Translations under genes and position numbers: made by a program
Shown: positions 23,987-32,000 of the stretch, one piece after another
Layout: every line of letters begins with the position of its first letter
Position numbering within the stretch: position 1 is the first letter of the stretch
The notes under the pieces: model-generated
Seen by the model: only the letters and a program-made list of their open reading frames with translations
The model's database searches: none
What the model was told of the DNA's origin: nothing
NCBI RefSeq assembly: GCF_000011325.1
Contig: NC_003450.3
Span: 1,740,001-1,772,000 of the forward strand
Direction of reading: 5' to 3'
Length of the DNA stretch: 32,000 nucleotides
From: Corynebacterium glutamicum ATCC 13032
Lineage (GTDB): Bacteria > Actinomycetota > Actinomycetes > Mycobacteriales > Mycobacteriaceae

Positions 23987-24742
23987 CTAGTCGTTTTCCA
24001 GCTCTGTCAAAACCTCATCGCTCAAGTCGATGTTGGTGTAGACGTTTTGCACATCGTCGGAATCTTCCAACGCGTCCACAAGCTTGAAGATCTTGCGTGC
24101 ACCGTCAGCGTCCAGGGGGACCTGAACAGATGCCCGGAAGTCTGATTCAGAATCTTCTACTTCAATGCCAGCTTCCACGAGTGCGTCGCGAACAGCCTGA
24201 ATGTCAGTTGGTGCGCAGGTAACCTCGAACAGATCGCCGTTGTCGTTGACTTCTTCAGCACCAGCTTCAAGAACAGCCATGAGCACGTCATCTTCACTAA
24301 GATCGCCCTTTTGTACGGTGACGACACCGGTGCGGGTGAACATGTAGGACACGGAACCGGACTCGCCCAAGTTGCCACCGTTTTTGGTCATTGCGGTGCG
24401 AACTTCGGTAGCTGCGCGGTTACGGTTGTCGGTCAGACACTCGATAAGCATGGCAACGCCGTTGGGGCCGTATCCCTCGTACATGATGTTCATCCAGTCA
24501 GCGCCACCAGCTTCTTCGCCGGAGCCACGCTTGCGTGCACGTTCGATGTTATCGTTCGGCACAGAAGCCTTCTTGGCTTTCTTGATCATGTCATCAAGCG
24601 TTGGGTTCGCAGACGGATCTCCACCGCCTGTACGTGCCGCAACTTCGATGTTCTTGATCAGCTTGGCAAATTCCTTGCCTCGCTTGGCGTCGTTAGCAGC
24701 CTTCTTGTGCTTGGTAGTCGCCCATTTTGAGTGGCCAGACAT
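23987..24742 (-). CDS. yebC: YebC/PmpR family DNA-binding transcriptional regulator
   Basis: 251 aa. '[28 protein letters not shown]' is the invariant YebC N-terminus. Confidence 0.95.
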   Translation of the reverse strand: MSGHSKWATTKHKKAANDAKRGKEFAKLIKNIEVAARTGGGDPSANPTLDDMIKKAKKASVPNDNIERARKRGSGEEAGGADWMNIMYEGYGPNGVAMLIECLTDNRNRAATEVRTAMTKNGGNLGESGSVSYMFTRTGVVTVQKGDLSEDDVLMAVLEAGAEEVNDNGDLFEVTCAPTDIQAVRDALVEAGIEVEDSESDFRASVQVPLDADGARKIFKLVDALEDSDDVQNVYTNIDLSDEVLTELEND

Positions 24743-25011
24743 ATGCTCCCTTTCGTCGTCTAGCTTCCATCATCCACCGGAAAATGGTTTCTCACGCAGC
24801 CCAGAGATAGCTCAATACACCACCAAATGTGTGGTGCGCCGTGTGAAAATTTTAGACTCATGTTGCGGTGGCGAAAGCCGGGTAGCTTCCATGGAAACGG
24901 AGTTGGTAGTTGGAACTGATGAAACAGTATACGCCAAGGTCAAATGATGAAACTTAAAGGGCACCAATTTCTGTCGCGTTACCGGATTCAGATCTTCAAG
25001 TTCGCTGCATT

Positions 25012-25860
25012 TTAGTCTTTGCGCATCGGAATTGATTGCGCACCCTCGTGGAGTGTGCGGGTCATTCCCTCTTGATTGACAATAGCGACCAAATCTCCCT
25101 GCTGGTTGAAAAGCCGCCCGTGAGTCAAGGCTCGCCCACTTGAGGCCGATGGAGAGCGCTGATCATAAAGCAACCATTCATCGACGCGGAAGGGACGCAG
25201 GAACCACACAGCGTGATCAAGTGAGGCCATCTGCATTTTCTCACCTGGGTGTGGCACCAGGGCACTATGCAGCAAAGTCATATCGGACAGATAAGTCAGT
25301 GAGCACTGGTGGAAGGTGGGATTATCCGGAAGATCAGCGGTGCACCGAATCCACACAGCTTGCTCAGTAGCGGTGAAATCGCTGAGTTCTAATTGATCCT
25401 GCGGAATAACGCGGATATCCCATTCCGCCCATTCATCAAGCACTCGCCTACTTGAGATCGGCATACGTTCTACTGTTCCCTTGATCTCATCAGGAGCTGG
25501 AACTTTACGCATCTTGTCCATGTGCTCAATGCCTTCATCCCCACGATGAAAGCTGGCCTGCATGCTGAAGATTACTTCGCCGTCTTGGATGCCACGCACC
25601 GAGCGGGTGACGTAGCTTTTTCCGTCGCGAACTCGATCCACTAAATAAATTGCGGGTGCTGTTGGATCACCAGGAGCTATAAAGTAGCCATGCAAAGAAT
25701 GCACAGTAAAGGCTTTATCAACAGTATGCGTTGCTGCTACTAAAGCTTGGGCAGCGACCTGGCCACCGAAAGTCCTGGCTAAATAAGATTCGATAACGGG
25801 ACCACGGTAAATATCGCGGTCGATTTCTTCCAAGGTCAAAATATCTTCAATAGTTTTCAC
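25012..25860 (-). CDS. tesB: Acyl-CoA thioesterase II
   Basis: 282 aa with a double hot-dog TesB-like sequence ('FGGQVAAQAL', 'HSLHGYF', 'ASLDHAVWF'). Confidence 0.9.
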   Translation of the reverse strand: MKTIEDILTLEEIDRDIYRGPVIESYLARTFGGQVAAQALVAATHTVDKAFTVHSLHGYFIAPGDPTAPAIYLVDRVRDGKSYVTRSVRGIQDGEVIFSMQASFHRGDEGIEHMDKMRKVPAPDEIKGTVERMPISSRRVLDEWAEWDIRVIPQDQLELSDFTATEQAVWIRCTADLPDNPTFHQCSLTYLSDMTLLHSALVPHPGEKMQMASLDHAVWFLRPFRVDEWLLYDQRSPSASSGRALTHGRLFNQQGDLVAIVNQEGMTRTLHEGAQSIPMRKD

Positions 25861-25968
25861 TGATCACTCCCAATTAATTTATGCACTTCGGTGAGGTTAC
25901 TCACAAAGAGTAGCGTGCAAAGCCCAGCAATAAGGTGATGTTTCAACGATTAGGTTACGGTAGGGGCC

Positions 25969-26445
25969 ATGACGCCACAGAAACTTCACCGTTTTGCAGC
26001 CCTTTTAGAAATGGGTACCTGGACCCTGCTGATCATCGGCATGATCTTAAAATACAGTGGAGTGACAGACGCCGTAACCCCTATTGCCGGCGGTATCCAC
26101 GGCTTTGGCTTCCTCTGTTTTGCAGCCATCACCATCACCGTGTGGATCAATAATAAGTGGACATTCCCGCAGGGTATCGCAGGTTTGATCGTCTCTGTTA
26201 TCCCGTGGGCTGCATTGCCATTTGCATTGTGGGCAGACAAGAAGGGCCTCGTTGCCGGCGGATGGCGCTTTTCAGATCCGTCCGAAAAGCCACACACTTT
26301 CTTTGACAAGATCTTGGCTCAATTGGTCAGGCACCCAATCCGATCCATTTTAATTCTGCTGGTGATTATCGCCGTCGTCTTCTCTATCTTGCTGGCGATG
26401 GGACCACCTTATGATCCAGATGCCATCGCAAACACTGTGGATTAA
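25969..26445 (+). CDS. DUF3817-domain integral membrane protein
   Basis: 158 aa. 'RFAALLEMGTWTLLIIGMILKY...GGIHGFGFLCF' is typical of DUF3817. About 4-5 TM helices. Confidence 0.82.
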   Translation: MTPQKLHRFAALLEMGTWTLLIIGMILKYSGVTDAVTPIAGGIHGFGFLCFAAITITVWINNKWTFPQGIAGLIVSVIPWAALPFALWADKKGLVAGGWRFSDPSEKPHTFFDKILAQLVRHPIRSILILLVIIAVVFSILLAMGPPYDPDAIANTVD

Positions 26446-26450
26446 ACAAC

Positions 26451-26479
26451 AGCCTCCTTCACATGAAGGAGGCTTTTTT
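26451..26479. terminator. Bidirectional rho-independent terminator between convergent genes
   Basis: Stem AGCCTCCTTC / GAAGGAGGCT, loop ACAT, and a T6 run on the plus side. It lies between stops at 26445 (+) and 26484 (-). Confidence 0.75.
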
Positions 26480-26483
26480 ACAT

Positions 26484-26948
26484 TTAAGTCAGCAGATCTG
26501 TATCGAGTAGTTCGAAGTACTCCGGCAAGGGTGCGGTGCCGCCGAGTCGGAAGGATCTGACCATCAATCGGGTTCGAAGATCGCGGGTGTCACTGACGGC
26601 TTCGTTGTAGAAGCGGTGGGCTAATTCCACGCGGGTGGCAGCGTCCACGATGGAATCTGGAAGGGTCTTCCCCTGTTTCAAGATGAGTTCAGAGATTTCT
26701 CGTTCGGCGCGGGCGCGTTGGGAGAAGCGGGAGTATTCCAGGGGAATTGCCTCAGCGCGTTTTGAGGCTTCTGCTGCATCGGGCAACAACGCACCTACTA
26801 GTGCTGCTCGGCGATCCAGTGCTGCTTGCAGGGCTTGTCTTGCTGAGTCGGTGCGGATGTGGAGCCGGTTGAGGCGTTGTGCTGTGAAATACGCCCACAG
26901 AACAGTTGCGGTGACAACGACAGCGATGAGGAGGTAAACAAGGGTCAT
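26484..26948 (-). CDS. Single-pass membrane protein, distantly LemA-like; last gene of the PIM-biosynthesis operon
   Basis: 154 aa with an N-terminal TM. 'AQRLNRLHIRTDSARQALQAALDRRAALVGALLP' and 'RFYNEAVSDTRDLRTR' resemble LemA blocks (weak, from memory). Its ATG overlaps the pimA stop (ATGA). Confidence 0.65.
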   Translation of the reverse strand: MTLVYLLIAVVVTATVLWAYFTAQRLNRLHIRTDSARQALQAALDRRAALVGALLPDAAEASKRAEAIPLEYSRFSQRARAEREISELILKQGKTLPDSIVDAATRVELAHRFYNEAVSDTRDLRTRLMVRSFRLGGTAPLPEYFELLDTDLLT

Positions 26949-28030
26949 CCAAGCCTCACTTTGTCGATCGCAATGGTTTCATAGACTGCCATGACCTGGG
27001 TGGATACTGTCGACCAGTCGTAGGCGTTTGCGCGCTTTAGCCCCGCGGCGATAAGCGTGGAACGGGAGGAGGGGTCGTCGATAAGCGCTTGAAGTTTTTT
27101 GGCTAGGTCGGCGTCTGAGCCGGTTTTAAATAGCACGCCCGCTGGCTGTGCGGCTTCAGAATCGGTGACCAGGGAGAACGCTTCTAGGTCGCTGGCGACG
27201 ACAGCGCATCCCGCGGCCATCGCTTCAACTAGCACGATGCCGAAGCTTTCGCCGCCGGTGTTGGGTGCGACATAGATGTCTGCGCGACCTAAGATTGCTG
27301 CCTTTTCCTCATCGCTGACGCGGCCCACAAAGTTGATGCCGGCGACTTCTCGCGGGGTGCCGCCGCCAATGACGGTGCAGGTAAACGGGCGATCCAGCCT
27401 GGTCAGAGCGCGCAGGAGGATGTCGAGGCCTTTGCGGGACTCATCGAGGCGACCCAAAAAGACGATCTCTACAGGATCATTCGGTTCGATTTGGCGCGCG
27501 GCTTTGAACATGGAGGTCTCTACCCCGTTGGGGATCAGCACGGGATCGCCGCCGACTTGCTCCACCTGCCAGCGCCGAGCCATTTCAGACACGGCGATGC
27601 CTGCGCGCACTTTCTCCAGCATGGGCGAAAGCACTGGTAAGAAAGCCTTGAGCAGCTTCGATCCGCTACTGGAGGCGTGGTAAGTAGCAACGATGGGGCC
27701 TTCCGCAAAGCGTAGCGCCGCCATGGAAAAACTTGGTGAATTCGGTTCATGGATATGCAGCACATCGAAGTTGCCTTCGCGGAGGAACGTGCGCACGGCC
27801 TTGAACATTTTCGGCCCAAAGCTCAAGCGGGCAACCGAGCCATTGTACGGAATCGGGATGCTGCCACCACCGCGCACCACGAAATCGGGCACCTGCGTAT
27901 CCGCACTACACGGACCAAGCACCTGAACCTCATGGCCTTGGGCAATGAAGGTTCGCGCTAAGTCAAGGATATGCGCTTGAACACCGCCCGGCTCATCGAA
28001 GGAGTACGGGCAGACCATTCCAATTCGCAC
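26945..28030 (-). CDS. pimA: GDP-mannose-dependent phosphatidylinositol alpha-mannosyltransferase (GT4)
   Basis: 361 aa. 'MRIGMVCPYSFDEPGGVQAHILDLA' closely matches the mycobacterial PimA N-terminus, and the GT-B 'ESFGIVLVEAMAAG' motif is present. Confidence 0.92.
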   Translation of the reverse strand: MRIGMVCPYSFDEPGGVQAHILDLARTFIAQGHEVQVLGPCSADTQVPDFVVRGGGSIPIPYNGSVARLSFGPKMFKAVRTFLREGNFDVLHIHEPNSPSFSMAALRFAEGPIVATYHASSSGSKLLKAFLPVLSPMLEKVRAGIAVSEMARRWQVEQVGGDPVLIPNGVETSMFKAARQIEPNDPVEIVFLGRLDESRKGLDILLRALTRLDRPFTCTVIGGGTPREVAGINFVGRVSDEEKAAILGRADIYVAPNTGGESFGIVLVEAMAAGCAVVASDLEAFSLVTDSEAAQPAGVLFKTGSDADLAKKLQALIDDPSSRSTLIAAGLKRANAYDWSTVSTQVMAVYETIAIDKVRLG

Positions 28031-28996
28031 CTAATTGTCCTCCTGTAATGCCACCGGTTTGTGAACATTTGTCTGCTCCCTAGAGCGCTTGAGACGCTCC
28101 GGATCCAAATCACCAAACCACAGGGGTTGGAGCATATGCCAATCAGCGGGGTGCGCCGTAATATTTGCCATAAAAAGATGTGCGATCCGCTGCACCGTGT
28201 CGGATAAATTATCCACGGTCACGGCATCGGATACGCTGAGACCCCAGCCGTCGTCATCGAACCATGGATGCACCACGTGCAGCGCCGCACCTGTTTCAAT
28301 GGCCAGCTGCGCAGGTCCTGCTGGCATGGAGGTCTTCTCACCAAAAAAAGTGGTCTCCACGCCGGAATGCCGCAGGTCACGCTCCCCAAGAAGGCACACG
28401 ATACCTCCAGATGTCAGGCGCTCTTTCAGCTTTTCAAACGGCGGACGCTCGCCACCGGTGAGAGGCAGCACCTCAAATCCAAGGCTTTCTCGAAACTCCA
28501 CGAACGCTTCAAACAAGCGTTCCGGCTTGACCCTTTCTGCAACGGTGGTGAATTGCCCATGATGGCTAATCAGAAAAGCGCCAGCCATATCCCAGTTGCC
28601 GCTGTGTGGGAGCGTCAAAACTACGCCCTTGCCGGCAGCCAAAGATTCATCCAACAAATCTAGGCCAACAGTTCCCTTACGCAACCGCGCAAGCAGCTCA
28701 GGATCTCGCGCGATCGCCGGTAGCCGGAACGCTTCCAGCCAATACCGCGCATAGCTGCGCGTTGCTTGCTTCACCAGCGCCTGCGTAACGTTTTCCGCAC
28801 CGACCACCCGCGCCAGATTAGCGCGTAGCTGCCCCATGCCTTTTCCGCTTTTCGACGCCAGATCCGCCCCAAGGTCAAACACCCGGCGAGCAATAGGCAA
28901 AGGGAGCATCCGGACAAAACGCCAACCAGCTAGATAGCCCAGTGCGCTTAAATTCTCCGCCCAATTTTCCGCTGTGCAGAAATCCTTCGGCTTCAT
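28031..28996 (-). CDS. Phosphatidylinositol mannoside acyltransferase (LpxL/HtrB-family; Rv2611c/PatA-type)
   Basis: 321 aa. The lauroyl-acyltransferase family 'LTLPHSGNWD' (HX4D-type) motif is present. It lies between pgsA1 and pimA, as in mycobacteria. Confidence 0.87.
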   Translation of the reverse strand: MKPKDFCTAENWAENLSALGYLAGWRFVRMLPLPIARRVFDLGADLASKSGKGMGQLRANLARVVGAENVTQALVKQATRSYARYWLEAFRLPAIARDPELLARLRKGTVGLDLLDESLAAGKGVVLTLPHSGNWDMAGAFLISHHGQFTTVAERVKPERLFEAFVEFRESLGFEVLPLTGGERPPFEKLKERLTSGGIVCLLGERDLRHSGVETTFFGEKTSMPAGPAQLAIETGAALHVVHPWFDDDGWGLSVSDAVTVDNLSDTVQRIAHLFMANITAHPADWHMLQPLWFGDLDPERLKRSREQTNVHKPVALQEDN

Positions 28997-29018
28997 GCGA
29001 TGCTCCCTCGGCTAATTT

Positions 29019-29678
29019 TTATTTGGTGTTGCTGTAATCTGCCTTCGCACCTGCTGGTGCCTTGGTAAATTCCTTAGCCAATGGGGACTTTCCAGCCATG
29101 ACCAAGCGCTGCACAACAGTGTAAATACTGCCAGCTGCAAGGGCCCACAGTGCCACATCGATGGCATATGGAACGCCCATTCCGGTCAGCCCCAAACCAA
29201 CAAGGCTGACAATCAGACGCTCAGGGCGTTCCACGAGACCGCCGTCCATGGTGAATCCGGAGGCCTCTCCCCTGGCTTTCACGTAAGAGATCACCTGGGA
29301 GGCAACCAAACAAACCAAGGAGGCAGCGACCAATGCCTGTGGTGCATCGTAGGAATACACCAGCCACCAGGTAATCGCACCAAATAGTGCACCATCAGTG
29401 ATGCGGTCACACGTGGCATCCAAGGTGGCACCAAATTTGGTGCCACCACCTTGCATGCGAGCAACCGTGCCATCAATCATGTCGAAAGCCGCAAACAGGC
29501 CCGTCAAAACTGCCGCCCAAATCAAATGCCCCGTAGGAATCAGCAGCAAAGCCACCCCAACGGTGAGGCCAGCGCTGACTAAGGTGAGCTGATTAGGCGT
29601 CACCTTCAACTTGATCATCAATTTGGCAACAGGCTCAACAATAACCTGCGCAGGCTTACGTCCATGAAGTCCCAGCAT
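29019..29678 (-). CDS. pgsA1: CDP-alcohol phosphatidyltransferase (phosphatidylinositol phosphate synthase)
   Basis: 219 aa. 'DMIDGTVARMQGGGTKFGATLDATCDRITD' matches the DGx2ARx8Gx3Dx3D motif. Multi-TM. Its ATG shares one nt with the upstream stop (TGATG). Confidence 0.9.
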   Translation of the reverse strand: MLGLHGRKPAQVIVEPVAKLMIKLKVTPNQLTLVSAGLTVGVALLLIPTGHLIWAAVLTGLFAAFDMIDGTVARMQGGGTKFGATLDATCDRITDGALFGAITWWLVYSYDAPQALVAASLVCLVASQVISYVKARGEASGFTMDGGLVERPERLIVSLVGLGLTGMGVPYAIDVALWALAAGSIYTVVQRLVMAGKSPLAKEFTKAPAGAKADYSNTK

Positions 29679-30316
29679 CAGTGCTCCTTCGGTGCTGCGG
29701 TACGGATCGCTGAAGTCAGCGTTGGGTCGACAGTGCCTGGTGCCCCATCAATGGTGCCCCATGCTTGCGCAAGCATGGCCCTGGTTTGACGCAGGGTCTG
29801 CGGTAGCACTTTGACACCGTCAATCACAGTCATGAAATTAGCATCACCCGACCACCTAGGCACCACATGGACATGAAGGTGATCTCCCACTGAGCCACCC
29901 GATGCTTTGCCAAGGTTTAAACCAACATTGACAGCATCAGGGTTTGACACCTGCTTCAGCGCCTTGATGGCCGTTTGGGTAAAGAGCATCAACTCCGCAG
30001 ATTCTGCCAAGCTCAAATCCTCTAGATTCTTTTCCTTACGGAATGGGATCACCATCATGTGTCCAGCGTTGTAGGGATACAAGTTGAGTACGCAATACAC
30101 CAGCTCACCCCGCGCAACGATCAGGCCGTCCTCATCACTCATTTTGGGAACCTCAATGAAGGGGTCCCGCTTGGCGGTAGTTGATTGCTTACCGCCAGAT
30201 CGAGTGTTGATGTAGCTCATCCGGTAGGGCGCCCACAGACGTTCCAGTCTGTCGGGCTCCCCTAGACCTTGATCAACATATACATCCTGACCAACGTGGC
30301 TGTCAGATGAGTCCAT
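29678..30316 (-). CDS. HIT-family protein (Rv2613c-type, Ap4A phosphorylase-like)
   Basis: The histidine triad 'HLHVHVVPR' is present. I prefer ATG 30316 (MDSSDSHVG...), 8 nt after the thrS stop. The track start at 30379 would overlap thrS by 56 nt. Confidence 0.85.
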   Translation of the reverse strand: MDSSDSHVGQDVYVDQGLGEPDRLERLWAPYRMSYINTRSGGKQSTTAKRDPFIEVPKMSDEDGLIVARGELVYCVLNLYPYNAGHMMVIPFRKEKNLEDLSLAESAELMLFTQTAIKALKQVSNPDAVNVGLNLGKASGGSVGDHLHVHVVPRWSGDANFMTVIDGVKVLPQTLRQTRAMLAQAWGTIDGAPGTVDPTLTSAIRTAAPKEH

Positions 30317-30323
30317 CTCAGGG

Positions 30324-32000
30324 CTACCTGCGAGCTGCAATGGAGTCCTCGCTCGGCTGATCATTGATGCGGTCACCAATCCAGGAAGAAATCACAGCGA
30401 TTGCCTCATCGACGGGCACGCCGTTGACCTGGGTGCCGTCCAAGAAACGGAAGCTCACTGCGTTTGCTTCCACATCGCGGGCACCGGCAAGCAGCATGAA
30501 TGGAACCTTGCCGGTGGTGTGGTTGCGGATCTTCTTCTGCATGCGATCATCGGAGGTGTCCACGTCTGCGCGGATACCCTTTTCACGCAGCTGTGCGGTG
30601 ATTGTCTCCAGGTGTGGAATGCAATCATCAGCAACTGGAATACCCATGACCTGGTGAGGTGCCAGCCATGCTGGGAAAGCACCAGCGTAGTGCTCCAACA
30701 ACACGCCAAAGAAGCGCTCGATGGAACCAAACAGTGCGCGGTGGATCATGATGGGCTGCTGCTTGGAACCATCAGATGAGGTGTATTCCAAGTTGAAGCG
30801 CTCAGGCATGTTGAAGTCCAGCTGCACGGTGGACATCTGCCAGGTACGGCCAATCGCGTCGCGTGCCTGAACAGAAATCTTAGGGCCGTAGAATGCGGCA
30901 CCTTCTGGGTCTGGAACAAGTTCCAGGCCAGAATTGGTGGCCACACGGTTCAAGATTTCAGTGGAACGCTCCCAGATCTCATCAGAACCGACTGACTTCT
31001 TAGGATCGCGGGTGGAGAGCTCCAGGTAGAAATCATCCAAACCGTAATCGCGCAGCAGCGACAGGATGAAGTCCAGCACAGAGGTGAGCTCTGCTTCCAG
31101 CTGATCCTCGGTGCAGTAGATGTGAGCATCGTCCTGGGTGAAGCCACGGGCACGGGTCAGGCCGTGGATCACACCGGACTTTTCGTAGCGGTAGACGTTG
31201 CCGAACTCAAAAAGACGCAGTGGAAGCTCACGGTAAGAACGTCCACGAGAATCGAAGATGAGGTTGTGCATTGGGCAGTTCATGGGCTTGAGGTAGTACT
31301 CTTGGCCCGGCTTGGTCACATTGCCGTCTTCGTCGAACTCCGCATCCACCTGCATTGGAGGGAACATGCCATCCTTGTAGAAACCAAGGTGACCGGAACG
31401 CTCAAAGAGATCCTGCTTGGTGATGTGCGGGGTGTTCACAAAGGAGTAGCCCGCTGCGATGTGGCGGCGACGGGAGTGATCTTCCATCTCATTGCGCACG
31501 ATGCCACCGTTGGGATGGAATACTGGCAGACCAGAGCCCAGATCATCTGGGAAGGAGAACAAATCAAGTTCAGTGCCTAGACGGCGGTGATCGCGCTTTT
31601 CTGCCTCAGCGAGCATGGTCTGGTAAGCATCGAGGGATTCCTTATCCTCCCACGCGGTACCGTAGATGCGCTGCAGGCCAGCATTATCCTGATCGCCACG
31701 CCAATAAGCAGCGGATGATCGGGTCAATGCGAATGCTGGAATGTAGCGGGTGGTTGGGATGTGTGGTCCACGGCAAAGATCAGACCACTCCACCTCACTG
31801 GTGCGAGGGTTGACGTTGTCATACGCGGTCAGTTCGCCTGCGCCCACTTCGGTGGCTTCATCAGAGTTGGGATCAACGTTGCCCTTGTCCTGGATAAGTT
31901 CCAGCTTGTAAGGCTCGTTCTTCAACTCTTCCGCTGCAGCTTCAGCGGATTCATAGACGCGGCGCTCAAACTTCTGGCCGGTCTTGATGATCTTCTTCAT
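30324..32000 (-). CDS. thrS: Threonine--tRNA ligase (partial; the N-terminus lies beyond the window end)
   Basis: The ThrRS catalytic and anticodon-binding regions are present ('[10 protein letters not shown]', 'MNCPMH', '[10 protein letters not shown]', '[12 protein letters not shown]'). The Met at 32000 is internal. Confidence 0.96.
   Translation of the reverse strand: MKKIIKTGQKFERRVYESAEAAAEELKNEPYKLELIQDKGNVDPNSDEATEVGAGELTAYDNVNPRTSEVEWSDLCRGPHIPTTRYIPAFALTRSSAAYWRGDQDNAGLQRIYGTAWEDKESLDAYQTMLAEAEKRDHRRLGTELDLFSFPDDLGSGLPVFHPNGGIVRNEMEDHSRRRHIAAGYSFVNTPHITKQDLFERSGHLGFYKDGMFPPMQVDAEFDEDGNVTKPGQEYYLKPMNCPMHNLIFDSRGRSYRELPLRLFEFGNVYRYEKSGVIHGLTRARGFTQDDAHIYCTEDQLEAELTSVLDFILSLLRDYGLDDFYLELSTRDPKKSVGSDEIWERSTEILNRVATNSGLELVPDPEGAAFYGPKISVQARDAIGRTWQMSTVQLDFNMPERFNLEYTSSDGSKQQPIMIHRALFGSIERFFGVLLEHYAGAFPAWLAPHQVMGIPVADDCIPHLETITAQLREKGIRADVDTSDDRMQKKIRNHTTGKVPFMLLAGARDVEANAVSFRFLDGTQVNGVPVDEAIAVISSWIGDRINDQPSEDSIAARR

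Noticed and set aside
24761-24892. 10-bp direct repeat TAGCTTCCAT (24761-24770 and 24883-24892) in the yebC-tesB spacer
   Set aside because: A single pair of short repeats 122 bp apart with no further structure, which is compatible with chance. Track ORF 24372..24947 (+) is antisense to yebC and looks spurious.
1-32000. Mobile elements, CRISPR arrays, tRNA/rRNA genes, prophage or classical defense islands
   Set aside because: I found no transposase, integrase or recombinase-like ORF and no array of regularly spaced repeats. Reading the intergenic regions turned up no tRNA-like T-arm (GGTTCGAATCC-type) sequence. The only defense-flavoured element is the HEPN-CBS gene, reported above.

Overview
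The window looks like core chromosome from a high-GC Gram-positive actinobacterium. Gene order and protein sequences resemble Corynebacterium glutamicum or a close relative; this is from memory, not a search. About 27 kb is a dense, mostly minus-strand housekeeping block: sdaA, glpD, hisS, an MBL hydrolase, ppiB, rel, apt, an orphan lipoprotein substrate-binding protein, secF, secD, yajC, ruvB/A/C, yebC, tesB, and a thrS-HIT-pgsA1-PIM acyltransferase-pimA operon. The order hisS..ppiB..rel-apt-lipoprotein-secF-secD-yajC..ruvBAC matches the Mycobacterium tuberculosis Rv2580c-Rv2594c synteny. I found no tRNA or rRNA genes, CRISPR arrays, IS elements or integrases. The less ordinary parts are as follows. 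(1) The left 4.5 kb carries a YhgE/Pip membrane protein translationally coupled to an ABC-ATPase-like protein whose catalytic motifs are all substituted. It also carries a divergent TetR gene overlapping a HEPN (Rx4H) plus tandem-CBS fusion protein, my top candidate for an undescribed ligand-gated RNase. Next to these is a CE1758/CE1759-type two-component flavin monooxygenase whose reductase gene is frameshifted. (2) A lower-GC 1.65 kb insert lies between ppiB and rel. It holds two paralogous tail-anchored secreted proteins with duplicated promoters, preceded by about 490 bp with no assignable feature. (3) Several intergenic regions are rich in repeats or palindromes: upstream of sdaA, between secF and the lipoprotein gene, between yajC and secD, and upstream of ruvC. 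All functional readings of these are inference from sequence. Nothing here is proven to be a new system.
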